Shown here piece by piece: positions 10,148-19,942 of a stretch of DNA of 64,000 bases. The DNA lies in assembly GCA_017999835.1 (NCBI GenBank), contig JAGNLA010000006.1, positions 1 to 64,000 of the forward strand, written 5' to 3'. The stretch comes from Caldisericia bacterium (GTDB lineage Bacteria > Caldisericota > Caldisericia > JAAYUI01). Made by a program: the position numbers and the translations under genes. Numbering within the stretch: position 1 is the stretch's first letter; every line of letters begins with the position of its first letter. Under the pieces are notes generated by a model. It saw only the letters and a list, made by a program, of their open reading frames with translations. It was not told the DNA's origin and did no database searches.

Positions 10148-12020
10148 GAAAAATCAATTGAGATTGAGGATTATAGCCATTACAGTGGTTGTTTCACTTG
10201 TTACGGCTGGAGTGACAATCTGGTTGACTAACACAAATAATACACCAGATAATTCTGTCTACTTAGGATATTCTGTTTCAAAAGGTGAGAATCCATTTGA
10301 AAAAACAACAACTTGGCAAACTGCAAATTATAAAGTAACAAGATTTGCTGCAAAAGGTGATCAAATTCCGACGGCTATTGATAAGGGAGTAATAAAAGTC
10401 AAATCACTTGAAGATTTCGGATCTATCTGGAAAATGACAAAGAAGCTTGAAAAGTTTGAATATTACGCGCAATTTGATCTTTTAGGAGATCGTTCAGCCA
10501 TTGTCAAAAATATGCCATACCTGTCAACATATTGGAATTCATACCTTTTCAATGTAAACAGCAAAAAGAAAGAGGGGTTCCAGCCTGAGAGGAATGAAGG
10601 TGATTCGCTGCTTAAAAGCATGGACCATCCGATTGTCTATATTGATGACAACCCAGAGCAGAAAAGGATGATTATTACAAAAAAAGAATCAGGGGAAAAC
10701 CTAGAATTAAAACGAATAATGCCGATGGATAAGTACAGGAAACAAAAAGATGAAGGAACAGTTAATGATGACTTTTTCCAAATAACTGATTTTTCATTTG
10801 ATAAATCAACATTAAACCAGCTGTTAAAGAATGGGAGGTTTTTGGATGAAATGGAAACTTTTTCACTTGATTATAAAAAATACTTCACACTGAGGATCCC
10901 ATTCAGGCAACCCAAGTATTACAACCCAAAAACTGGCAAGACCAAGACAATTCCGATGAATCTTGATAAAGACTTCGACTACATCTATAACGACCGTTAT
11001 TTTACCTGGACAAGATTAAGATATGTTAATAACGATGAAATTCCGTTTTCATATGACATAAGCAATCTCATCATTGACAAACAAAACATTGAAGACAACC
11101 GGCAGGTTGTTAAGGACCACATTGATTGGAGATTTAATCATGAGCCTGTCGATCAACCTTTCCAAGAGTTGATGTGTTTTGATATGCAAACAGGCAAAAC
11201 ATACACAATTGTATCCTTGAGGCAGATGCCAAATATGGGTCTTGATGTTAATTACAGTCCTATGGTCATCACAAACAATCGAGTTTATTTCTGGAATTAT
11301 TTCGTCAACCGGCTTTTCTCCTATGAGATGTCAACAGGCAAAATGACAAGATTTGACAAGCCATGGTTCAATGCTCCCCTTAAATCCAGAAACAGCCAGG
11401 TATTTGGCAAGATTCAGAATTTCATGACAAATGAACAAGGCAAGAAGATTAACCAGCTTGAAGATGTAGCGCTAATTGCTTTCAATGACAAAACAAGCGT
11501 TACAAGCAAAATAGCTGATGGCAAAGTGCATGATTTCTGGGTTTCGCAGAGCGATGAATCTACAAGACATTTCACTGTCTATTCGAGGTTGACCCCAAAA
11601 GTGCAAGAGCCATACAGCTATTTCTCGAAAGATATGGATAAACTGGATACACCGGAAAAACTTGTTTTCAAAGCCGAAAAGGATTCAAAGAACATTCTTG
11701 GCCTTTATGGGCCTAAGCTTGTTTGGTGCAAGATAGAAGATATAACAGTAAATCATCCCATGTTGGATTTCTCAAAGGCGATGACCTGGTTTTACCGTCT
11801 TAGCAATCTGCTCCCAACTGAATATGGGCTCGAGGTTAAAAACTCCGATAAACCTCAACTTGGCCAACTTTTCATCACCGATCTGGAAACCGGGGAAACC
11901 ATAAAACTAGATGATGGATGTTGTTGGGGTGCCATATCAGACGGGAAAACACTAACTTGGGCGAGATACAAACAATCAGATTCAGAAGATATAGATGTTT
12001 GCTATACAACTTTGGAATAA
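9888..12020 (+). CDS. Zinc-ribbon/TM/ectodomain membrane protein (paralog A, 710 aa)
   Basis: N-terminal CxxC-x17-CxxC zinc ribbon (87 aa), one TM helix (LRIIAITVVVSLVTAGVTIWL), then a ~590-aa hydrophilic ectodomain ending in ...VCYTTLE. Confidence 0.75.
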   Translation: MKRCQSCGRLIELLEDFAGLDQSSIYCPSCADDRGKLRSFEEVLENLTQRIAKTDGFDESASRNAALQILGRQPAWEPKFKREEKVKKNQLRLRIIAITVVVSLVTAGVTIWLTNTNNTPDNSVYLGYSVSKGENPFEKTTTWQTANYKVTRFAAKGDQIPTAIDKGVIKVKSLEDFGSIWKMTKKLEKFEYYAQFDLLGDRSAIVKNMPYLSTYWNSYLFNVNSKKKEGFQPERNEGDSLLKSMDHPIVYIDDNPEQKRMIITKKESGENLELKRIMPMDKYRKQKDEGTVNDDFFQITDFSFDKSTLNQLLKNGRFLDEMETFSLDYKKYFTLRIPFRQPKYYNPKTGKTKTIPMNLDKDFDYIYNDRYFTWTRLRYVNNDEIPFSYDISNLIIDKQNIEDNRQVVKDHIDWRFNHEPVDQPFQELMCFDMQTGKTYTIVSLRQMPNMGLDVNYSPMVITNNRVYFWNYFVNRLFSYEMSTGKMTRFDKPWFNAPLKSRNSQVFGKIQNFMTNEQGKKINQLEDVALIAFNDKTSVTSKIADGKVHDFWVSQSDESTRHFTVYSRLTPKVQEPYSYFSKDMDKLDTPEKLVFKAEKDSKNILGLYGPKLVWCKIEDITVNHPMLDFSKAMTWFYRLSNLLPTEYGLEVKNSDKPQLGQLFITDLETGETIKLDDGCCWGAISDGKTLTWARYKQSDSEDIDVCYTTLE

Positions 12021-12032
12021 TTAGGTGATTTC

Positions 12033-12292
12033 ATGAAACGCTGTCAATCATGTGGAAGGCTCATCGAACTGCTTGAAGACTTTGCCGGACTCGACCAATC
12101 CAGCATTTATTGCCCATCTTGCGCTGATGATCGCGGAAAGCTTAGGTCTTTTGAAGAGGTTTTGGAGAATCTCACCCAAAGGATAGCAAAAACCGATGGT
12201 TTTGATGAGTCAGCCTCAAGAAACGCAGCTTTGCAGATACTAGGGAGACAACCGGCCTGGGAGCCGAAGTTCAAACGGGAGGAAAAAGTGAA
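12033..12292 (+). repeat. 260-bp perfect direct repeat, copy 2
   Basis: Identical to 9888-10147. The sequences diverge immediately 5' of the ATG and after the codon for residue 87. Confidence 0.9.
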
Positions 12293-13715
12293 AACAAATA
12301 AAAAAAGGATAATTCTTGTTCTTACGACAACTGCACTGGTGCTTATGGCATCAATTATTACTGTATTGGTAACAAATACACAGAAGGATTTTTGGGAACA
12401 ACGTTTTGATAAATACTCATCATCTTTCCAAAATCCTTTTGATAACATTAATTCATTTGTTTCAAATGGATTTGAGATTACAGAATTTAAGTGCAAAGGA
12501 AATCAGGAAATAGAGAAACTCCAGAATGGCATACTCCAGTTTTCGAGCCTTGAATCTATTATCAGGGCAAACATCAATAATAAATTAGCAATTCCAGACA
12601 AGTCCAATTATATCTACAATATCAAAACAGGTAAATCCATGAAAATCGGAAGATTCAACAGTTTTTCCCAAAAAGAAACCGACGATCAAATATTGGAAAT
12701 AAGAAAAGTAACTGACGATAACCTATCAGAACTTACATGGATTGAGCCATGTGTGACATTTGATGGAATCTATAAACAAGATGAAGTGAAAAATATCACT
12801 TTGCCGTCAGTATTTGCAAATACAGAAGTGACTTTTTTGATTTTCAATCTTGATCTGAGAAATAAAAAGATTAAAAGTGAATTATATAAACAAACAGCAG
12901 ATAAAGATATTATTTTTAGGGATGAATCAACGATGATCGTTGCATACCCCTTCCCGGTGAATGTTTACAATCAACCATCAAAAATTCACTTATATAAAGG
13001 CAACAAATCAACCCCCTTGGCAAGTTTTGATATTGGTTTCAGATATGCTTCCCTTTATGACAGAGTTGGAAGCAAAATTATTATCAAACTTAAAAAGGAA
13101 TATATGGATGACGATTTCCAGTTGGCAGTTGTAGACTTCAATTCATTAAAATTTGTTGAATTGCCCAACACATTTGATGATCAAAAAACAAAACTTCTTG
13201 CTGGTTCAGGGAAAATTTTTTTTGTAGATGATTATGTAAGCAGGAAAGTCATGATGCTAGATTTGATCAATGGAATATCAAAACTTTTCTCTGCGATTGA
13301 TTTTGATTATGATCTGGTTGGTGTTTTTGGTGATAAAAAGGGAGCAAAATTGCTATTATCAAAACAAGTCAAAGATAACTTTTCTGAGAAGCAGTATTAT
13401 ATCTACGACATTTCTTCAAACCAATATAAACTTTTGATAACAGGGAATTTTGACATATTGTTTACTGAAAAAAATTGCCTTATATATACTGACCACATTA
13501 ATAAAGACAACAATGGTCTCCCAATCAACAAAAACCAAAAAATTCGATTGATGATAACAGAAATAAACAATGCTAAGTCAACGGTTTTAAATGATGATGT
13601 TTCGGTATCGGAAAGTGTGAAGGTGTTTTCTGATGGTTTCAGCATCGCCTGGACAAGAAACGCAGGTCCAAAAGACGACCAGTGGAAAAATGTCTGCTAC
13701 ACGGTTCTCCCATAA
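12033..13715 (+). CDS. Zinc-ribbon/TM/ectodomain membrane protein (paralog B, 560 aa)
   Basis: Its first 87 aa are identical to paralog A. It has a different TM helix (IILVLTTTALVLMASIITVLV) and a divergent ectodomain that ends with a related tail, ...NVCYTVLP. Confidence 0.75.
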   Translation: MKRCQSCGRLIELLEDFAGLDQSSIYCPSCADDRGKLRSFEEVLENLTQRIAKTDGFDESASRNAALQILGRQPAWEPKFKREEKVKTNKKRIILVLTTTALVLMASIITVLVTNTQKDFWEQRFDKYSSSFQNPFDNINSFVSNGFEITEFKCKGNQEIEKLQNGILQFSSLESIIRANINNKLAIPDKSNYIYNIKTGKSMKIGRFNSFSQKETDDQILEIRKVTDDNLSELTWIEPCVTFDGIYKQDEVKNITLPSVFANTEVTFLIFNLDLRNKKIKSELYKQTADKDIIFRDESTMIVAYPFPVNVYNQPSKIHLYKGNKSTPLASFDIGFRYASLYDRVGSKIIIKLKKEYMDDDFQLAVVDFNSLKFVELPNTFDDQKTKLLAGSGKIFFVDDYVSRKVMMLDLINGISKLFSAIDFDYDLVGVFGDKKGAKLLLSKQVKDNFSEKQYYIYDISSNQYKLLITGNFDILFTEKNCLIYTDHINKDNNGLPINKNQKIRLMITEINNAKSTVLNDDVSVSESVKVFSDGFSIAWTRNAGPKDDQWKNVCYTVLP

Positions 13716-13878
13716 GAGTAGTATCTGAACGTCGTTTGTTTGAATATGAACCCAACATTTGAACCTTTAGGATATAAACAACCTATTATATCCATGGAAA
13801 TGATAGGATTACTCTCGGTTCTTGTGCTTGTTTTCTTCCGTTTTGGCTCAAAGGTTTCCTGATTTGACAAACAAACAA

Positions 13879-14826
13879 TCAAAGCTGGGGATCAATGGCG
13901 GAAACATCGGATTTGCCTAGGTTTGACGTGGTCAGCCAGATACCAAGCAGAACCACGAACCCGCCGGCAACCGTCTGCCAGGTGATGACCTCACCCATAA
14001 AAAAGTAAGCAATCAGCGACGCGCCGATCGGTTCAAACAAAACAGCTGTCGTTGTGATGGCCGGTGTCAGGTGCTTGACGCCAATGTTTAGCGCTGTGTG
14101 ACCCAAGAAATGCGGGAAAATGCCCATGCCGATCATGGCAAGCCATGCCCAGTGGTTGAAACCAGTCAGAGCATTGCCGGCAACCACCGCTCCAACAAGC
14201 AAAACAACGGTTGCTGTTGGGTAGGACACCGAAACTGTCTGCCAGACAGTCAGCTTTTCCTGACAAACCTTGGAGAGCAGCAGGTAGGCGCAGGCAAAAA
14301 TAGCTGCAACAACCGCGTAAGCAGCGCCAAGCAGAGATGTTGACTGACCGACTCCGCCTGAAAGGGCGATGAATGTTGAACCAGAAAAAGCGACAACGAT
14401 GCCAACAAGCGTCACCCAGCCCAGTTTTTTCTTCCAGAAAAGGAACTCGGCAAGCACCGTCCAAATTGGCGTGGTTGTAACCAGCACCACGCACTGGGGC
14501 AGCGGCATCATCGACATCGCCTGAAACCACAGAACAAAATGGAACGCAAGCAGCACGCCGGAGATGATGGCAAGGCTCAGATGCAGCGATTGCTTTGAAA
14601 ACGGTCGGGAGATGTTGGCAAAAAACGATTTCCAGTCCAGCGTCCAGGGTTTGCCGATGGGGATGACGATAAGGGTTGCTGTCAAAAGCCTCCAAAATGC
14701 CATGGTGAAAGGGATGCCGTCTGCGCCGTTGTGCTGGGCGATGCGGATGAACGGAGCAGCCAGGCAGATGCCTGCTATGCCTGCTGCAAGAAGCGTTAGA
14801 TAAAAAGCCTTTGACCTGTTTTCCAT
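13879..14826 (-). CDS. EamA/DMT-family transporter
   Basis: About 10 TM helices in two duplicated halves, typical of EamA (drug/metabolite exporter). Its start overlaps the stop of the upstream gene. Confidence 0.8.
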   Translation of the reverse strand: MENRSKAFYLTLLAAGIAGICLAAPFIRIAQHNGADGIPFTMAFWRLLTATLIVIPIGKPWTLDWKSFFANISRPFSKQSLHLSLAIISGVLLAFHFVLWFQAMSMMPLPQCVVLVTTTPIWTVLAEFLFWKKKLGWVTLVGIVVAFSGSTFIALSGGVGQSTSLLGAAYAVVAAIFACAYLLLSKVCQEKLTVWQTVSVSYPTATVVLLVGAVVAGNALTGFNHWAWLAMIGMGIFPHFLGHTALNIGVKHLTPAITTTAVLFEPIGASLIAYFFMGEVITWQTVAGGFVVLLGIWLTTSNLGKSDVSAIDPQL

Positions 14827-15605
14827 CAGGGATAATTAGCGAGTTTTTGGTCAAGCAAGTCAATTAACTGTTGAGGAATATCATATTCAAAAATTGAAGA
14901 GTGGAGAATCATATCTTTAACATCAAAGCATTCTTTTATTTTTGATCGACTGTTTCCTTCTATGCCTGGAAAACAAACATATGTAAAATATTCCATCACT
15001 TTGATGCATAAAATATTGAAATCTAAAGCTATTTCTGGTTGCTTTCTTAAATCAGTTAGCAACTTGCCATCCTTTTCCATACAACTATAGATGTCCTTGG
15101 TCACATCTTTATCTAAATTCAAACCTGGATGAACAATCGAATGCCTAAGCAATGAGTGTTTAAAGTATTTCTTAATATATGACTCGTATATTTTAATATC
15201 TCTTTCAAGAATCGCATTGGTGTTATTAAGTCTTTTTCTGGCGTGTTCTGGTAATCGTTTTAATACTTTATTGAATTTCTTATTTTCACCTTGTTGAGTT
15301 TCCTTGTCCCATCTCTTTAATAAGAATAGCCAATCGTCTTTCATTTCAGTATTTAGGTGATTTGGATTAGTATTTGGATTTAAATGATCGTATATTCTTG
15401 AACCAGATATTTTAACATAATATTCTAGGGATGTGTTGATAAAGACAATCGATGAGTAGGCATAATATTGTTTAATATCATAATACAAAAAGGTGTTAAT
15501 ACCAGGCGGAACATAGAAAGCATGCAAAAGCATATAGGTAGCTATTTGAAATTGTTTGAAGTTTCTTATCAGGTTATTTGACAAATTATTCCCTTCCAGC
15601 CTCAA
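14826..15605 (-). CDS. Hypothetical protein, AT-rich, possible HEPN-like Rx4H motif
   Basis: 259 aa, K/N/Y-rich, with GC well below its neighbours. It contains LLRHSIVHPG (an R-x4-H motif). It overlaps the upstream gene by 20 bp and the downstream gene by 1 bp, indicating translational coupling. Confidence 0.5.
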   Translation of the reverse strand: MRLEGNNLSNNLIRNFKQFQIATYMLLHAFYVPPGINTFLYYDIKQYYAYSSIVFINTSLEYYVKISGSRIYDHLNPNTNPNHLNTEMKDDWLFLLKRWDKETQQGENKKFNKVLKRLPEHARKRLNNTNAILERDIKIYESYIKKYFKHSLLRHSIVHPGLNLDKDVTKDIYSCMEKDGKLLTDLRKQPEIALDFNILCIKVMEYFTYVCFPGIEGNSRSKIKECFDVKDMILHSSIFEYDIPQQLIDLLDQKLANYP

Positions 15606-17991
15606 ATATTGGGGATATCATCTTTTCTCCGTCATCGTGCAGCCAGGCAAGAGCGCGGTCGCGTCCACCGTTCATTACAATCCTAAGCCATTTGCCGTCA
15701 GTGTTTCTTGGGATGTCGATTACTTTGATGACATTTACAAAATTCTCTGCGGAAGAAACAAAAGTTAAAAGGCTGTTTGAAGAGTTTTGAATGAATTCGT
15801 TGTTGAAAATTGCGCCTTTGTCGTCCGGGTAGAGCGGCAGGTAGCTGATGTTGGCTTCAACCAAATCCTGGAAAAAATGGGTGCCAAAAGAGAGTTCAGG
15901 GGTGTAGTTACCTTTTTTCTTGGCGACTTCGATGAGTGCCGCGGTATTGTTGATATCGCTGTAGGTTACCCGAACGCCCATCTTGATGTCACCGCGTGAA
16001 CCCCATCTGCCGGGCCCAATCAGGATAAATCGGCGTTTTGCCAAGGCAATATTGAGTCTTCCAATGATTCGACCAACTTCGAGCATTTCGGTTTGGGTCT
16101 GGAGCTTGTCGTATTCGACCGGGTCAACGTAGACCAGGTAGCGGATGTTGTCGCACACTCCATCGCTGACATATCTTGAAGCCGAGAAAATCTTATCTTT
16201 TTCTGGAATGCGTTCAGGTATTTCGACACTTTCACCAATAACGTTGTGTGCCTGAGGTCTGCACTGCAGAATGTAGAGATCGGTGCCGTCAGATGCAAAC
16301 TCGACATCAACCGGAGTTTTGAGTGTCTTTGAGAGAATTTCAAGAATCAGTTTCATTTGCTTTAGGAAAGGCGTTCTGGTGAGCAAACCTTCAAAGGTGA
16401 ATACCAGATTGGGGTCTTTCGCGTCAAAGGAGATAGGGTTTAAATCAAACATATTCCCATGCTCGTATCTGCTCAAAAGCCTTATCAATCCTGGATATTC
16501 TTCACCATGGTCACGGACGAGTTTGTCAATTTCAAGTGTTTTAAACTCCGAGGTTTCAAGGTCTATGACATCGATGTGGCGCTGGCTGTATCTGGCAACT
16601 TCCTCAGGGATGACGTTAACTCTCAGGCCGGGTTGCCCGGGTGAGACCAGCAACGGATAGTCGTTCCCGACCCTATCCACTGCTCTTGTGCCCAATCCCG
16701 CGACGAGCCTTATGATTCCATCTTCCCGCTTGATCCTTGGGGACCATCTGAATTCGTTGTTGCTGAAGGCAACGCCTGCAAAACTTGGGAGATAGTATTT
16801 ACCAATTTTTGTACCGACAACCTGTTGAATAAGACAACCCATTTCCTCGCGATAATCTAACAGACCCCGCTCGGTTCTGTACTGGATTGCATCTGGATTC
16901 AGCGTTGAGGCATAAACTTCGGCGATGGCATCACCCAGTTGTTCAAGTCTGTTCTTTTTTGGACCGAGATTTGCTATGAAAAGGCTTTTATATTTACCAG
17001 AAAATGCTGCCCCAAAGCTATCTTCAAGCAATGATGAACTACGTGTGATGATCGGCTTTTCGGCCAAATCATCAAGCGCAAGACTGAAACCTGTGACAAT
17101 TTCCGAGGAGAATTCCGAGTGCTTAAAAACTTGCTCAAAATATTGGTATTGGTATCTTACCTCGTCAAGGGTGTTGTATTTCAGATTAAGCACTTCATCC
17201 AGAGCATTGAACATGATGAAGTCATAGATGCCATCTGAAAGCAGGTACCAGGTTCTTGGTGTTTTGATGTTGCTCAGGAGTTCAGGGTATTTTAGCTTTG
17301 CGTTGTTGATTATTGAATGAGCCAGGAATAACCCTGCGCCTTTTCCTCCGAGTCTGCCTGTTCCTTGCGCAGGTCCAATTACTCTTGTGAGAAGATCACC
17401 AAAATCAGCTATCGAAAGTTCATTTTTGGCGATATTGATAAAATGGAGGTCATTTTTGAGAAAACGTCGGGTCAAGCCGACTTTGACGCCCATTTCCTGT
17501 GCCTCGGAGAGGTTTCGTTCGGTTTCTGGCAGTTTGAAGTACCTGCCCATCGTATCTGTTATCTCGACCAGTGGAATGCCTATTTTTTCAGCAGCCTGAA
17601 CCAAAAATTTTGTCCTATCTTCACGTATCCATTGCATAAGGTTTTCACTAATGGCTTTTGGATCAAGCGACTTGGAGGCAATTGTGAAGGTCTCATCAAG
17701 AACTTTTTCAAGTTCATTCAGATCGAGCTTTGGATTTGGTTTGTTTTGTCCAGAGGCTTCGTCCAGCTTGAGTTCCGCCAGTACTTTATTGAAACGGTCA
17801 ATAAGCGCACCGATCTCTGGGACACCTTTTCTGTAGAGCATGTTGAGCAGTCTTCTGCTCAGACGGTTCAAAAGCTTTGAATCTGTGACTTTGAGCAGGT
17901 TGATGATGACCTGCCACTCCGGGTTCCTTGTGTAGATTTTTCTGGTTTCATTCATGCCATGGAGTGTATTGTGTTTAAACGATTTGGGCAA
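15586..17991 (-). CDS. PEP/pyruvate-binding (PPDK_N, ATP-grasp) domain protein
   Basis: A central region (GRLGGKGAGLF...ITRSSSLLEDSFGAAFSGKYKSL...VEFASDGTDLYILQCRP) matches the nucleotide-binding domain of PEP synthase, pyruvate phosphate dikinase and rifampin phosphotransferase. No obvious His-swivel domain. Confidence 0.75.
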   Translation of the reverse strand: MPKSFKHNTLHGMNETRKIYTRNPEWQVIINLLKVTDSKLLNRLSRRLLNMLYRKGVPEIGALIDRFNKVLAELKLDEASGQNKPNPKLDLNELEKVLDETFTIASKSLDPKAISENLMQWIREDRTKFLVQAAEKIGIPLVEITDTMGRYFKLPETERNLSEAQEMGVKVGLTRRFLKNDLHFINIAKNELSIADFGDLLTRVIGPAQGTGRLGGKGAGLFLAHSIINNAKLKYPELLSNIKTPRTWYLLSDGIYDFIMFNALDEVLNLKYNTLDEVRYQYQYFEQVFKHSEFSSEIVTGFSLALDDLAEKPIITRSSSLLEDSFGAAFSGKYKSLFIANLGPKKNRLEQLGDAIAEVYASTLNPDAIQYRTERGLLDYREEMGCLIQQVVGTKIGKYYLPSFAGVAFSNNEFRWSPRIKREDGIIRLVAGLGTRAVDRVGNDYPLLVSPGQPGLRVNVIPEEVARYSQRHIDVIDLETSEFKTLEIDKLVRDHGEEYPGLIRLLSRYEHGNMFDLNPISFDAKDPNLVFTFEGLLTRTPFLKQMKLILEILSKTLKTPVDVEFASDGTDLYILQCRPQAHNVIGESVEIPERIPEKDKIFSASRYVSDGVCDNIRYLVYVDPVEYDKLQTQTEMLEVGRIIGRLNIALAKRRFILIGPGRWGSRGDIKMGVRVTYSDINNTAALIEVAKKKGNYTPELSFGTHFFQDLVEANISYLPLYPDDKGAIFNNEFIQNSSNSLLTFVSSAENFVNVIKVIDIPRNTDGKWLRIVMNGGRDRALAWLHDDGEKMISPIFEAGRE

Positions 17992-18005
17992 GCGTTATCG
18001 ATTGG

Positions 18006-18046
18006 AAATAATAAAACACCCCCACAGATATCTGCGGGGGTGTTGG
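18006..18046 (-). terminator. Rho-independent terminator of gdhA
   Basis: On the minus strand, a hairpin CACCCCCGCAGAtatcTGTGGGGGTG followed by TTTTATTATTT. Confidence 0.65.
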
Positions 18047-18165
18047 GAGGAAGATGAACCCTGACTTATGGGGGTGGCGTCAGGATTCTGGGTCGGCTTT
18101 TGGCCGTTTGCGCAAGTTTCTGATTTGTATGCCATCAAAACCTTGCATCGGGTTTGCTTTTAAAA

Positions 18166-19482
18166 TCAGACCCAACCTCTGAGCTTGCATGCATCGGCAA
18201 CGCGTGTGATTGCGATCATGTAGGCTGCGTCTCTCATGAAGACATTTTTCTTCTTTGAAAGATCTGCAACTGCGTGGAAGGCTGATGTCATCTTCTTGTC
18301 GAGTTTGTCAAGAACTTCTTCCTTTTCCCAGAAGTAGTTCATGTTGCACTGAACCTGTTCGAAGTATGAGCATGTAACTCCGCCTGCGTTTGCAAGGAAA
18401 TCTGGAATCACGAAGATGCCTCTCTCGTGAAGGACGTGGTCTGCAACTGGAGTTGTTGGTCCATTTGCGCCTTCGCCGATGATCTTGACCTTCTTGGAGA
18501 TCTTGCCAACGTTTTCGCCTGTGATCTGGTTTTCTATGGCTGCTGGAAGGAGAATGTCGACTTCCTGTTCAATCCATGCGTCGCCTGGAAGGACTTCGTA
18601 ACCGAGTTCTTTTGCTTTCTTTGGATCAATTCCGCCGAACTTGTCGGTGATCTTGATGAGTTCCTGGAATGTGATTCCGCTTGTCTTTTTGAAGGTGTAG
18701 CTGCACTGATCGTCCTGGCACCAGCTTGAGACTGCGATAACCTTTCCACCGTACTGTGTGTAAAGGTCGATTGCGTACTGGGAGACGTTTCCAAATCCCT
18801 GTACTGCTGCTGTTGTGTTCTTTGGATCAATGTTCATAAGCTTGAGGGCTTCTCTGACTGTGTAGATGAGACCATAACCTGTTGCTCCTGTTCTACCAAG
18901 TGAACCACCCATGCCGACTGGTTTACCTGTGATGAATCCTGGGAAGTGTCCGCCCATGATCTTTTCATACTCGTCCATCATCCACAGCATGTGCTGACCT
19001 GTGGTCATGACGTCTGGAGCTGGAACGTCCTGGACTGGTCCGACGTTACGAACAACCTGTCTGACCCAACCACGGCAAATCTGTTCCTGTTCTCTCATGG
19101 AAAGGTTGTGTGGATCGCAAATAACTCCACCTTTGCCGCCACCAAGTGGGATGTCGACAACTGAGCACTTCCATGTCATCCATGTTGCAAGTGCGCGAAC
19201 GGTGTCTGCTGTTTCCTGTGGATGGAAACGAATTCCACCTTTTGCTGGGCCACGTGCATCACTGTGCTGGACTCTGAAACCCTGGAACACCTTTGTTGAG
19301 CCGTCATCCATCTTTACAGGAATTCTGAAATGATATTCCCTGATTGGCTGACGAAGCAGCTGCCTTGTGCCTTCATCGAGCTGGAGCATGTCTGCCACTC
19401 TGTCAAACTGATCCTGTGCCATCTTGAATGCGTTAAAACCCTTATCGCTCATTCTATCTCTCCTTTTGAGGCGGAATCTCAC
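18166..19482 (-). CDS. gdhA: Glutamate dehydrogenase (Glu/Leu/Phe/Val dehydrogenase family)
   Basis: KGGIRFHP and PLGGGKGG catalytic motifs, an NAD(P)-binding GxGNVS motif, and a length of 438 aa. Confidence 0.92.
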   Translation of the reverse strand: MRFRLKRRDRMSDKGFNAFKMAQDQFDRVADMLQLDEGTRQLLRQPIREYHFRIPVKMDDGSTKVFQGFRVQHSDARGPAKGGIRFHPQETADTVRALATWMTWKCSVVDIPLGGGKGGVICDPHNLSMREQEQICRGWVRQVVRNVGPVQDVPAPDVMTTGQHMLWMMDEYEKIMGGHFPGFITGKPVGMGGSLGRTGATGYGLIYTVREALKLMNIDPKNTTAAVQGFGNVSQYAIDLYTQYGGKVIAVSSWCQDDQCSYTFKKTSGITFQELIKITDKFGGIDPKKAKELGYEVLPGDAWIEQEVDILLPAAIENQITGENVGKISKKVKIIGEGANGPTTPVADHVLHERGIFVIPDFLANAGGVTCSYFEQVQCNMNYFWEKEEVLDKLDKKMTSAFHAVADLSKKKNVFMRDAAYMIAITRVADACKLRGWV

Positions 19483-19942
19483 CGCCTTAAATTTTGAAAC
19501 CGACGGTAGTATAGACTTGTCAATACCCCTTTCAAGTCCAAAAAATTCACCAAAAGGAAAGAAGGTTAAATTCAGCTGTTGAAACTTTTTTCGTTGCTCC
19601 TCCTCTAATTTGAGGTTTATTTTTTTTCGCTCTTAAACGCTGAATGAAACTACTTCGATACGTTTTCTCATTAACAAAAATACGTTTAAACATTTTTTGT
19701 TAAACATGTGATTTCAATAATTCACTGATCGGATAAAAATCAATTCAGAAATCATTCTTGCCGTGTTGATTGCAAAATTCTGCGTCATTATTAAGAATTT
19801 TTTCATTTGTATTGATTGAAAAGTTTAGTATTTTGCGGCAACTTCTAAGCATGCATATTATCAAAAATCATTATCTTGCACTTGTATGTACGTCCAATTA
19901 CTATAGCTTATAGAAGTTGGCACAGAAGCCATCGGAGGACTT

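Noticed and set aside
13697-13882. 61-aa ORF in the convergent gap between paralog B and the EamA gene
   Set aside because: It has no RBS and low-complexity composition, and it sits where terminators are expected. It is likely non-coding.
14033-14863. 276-aa minus-strand ORF overlapping the EamA transporter gene in another frame
   Set aside because: It is an Arg/His/Cys-rich shadow ORF typical of an alternative frame in GC-biased membrane-protein DNA. The EamA frame has a coherent TM-helix pattern.
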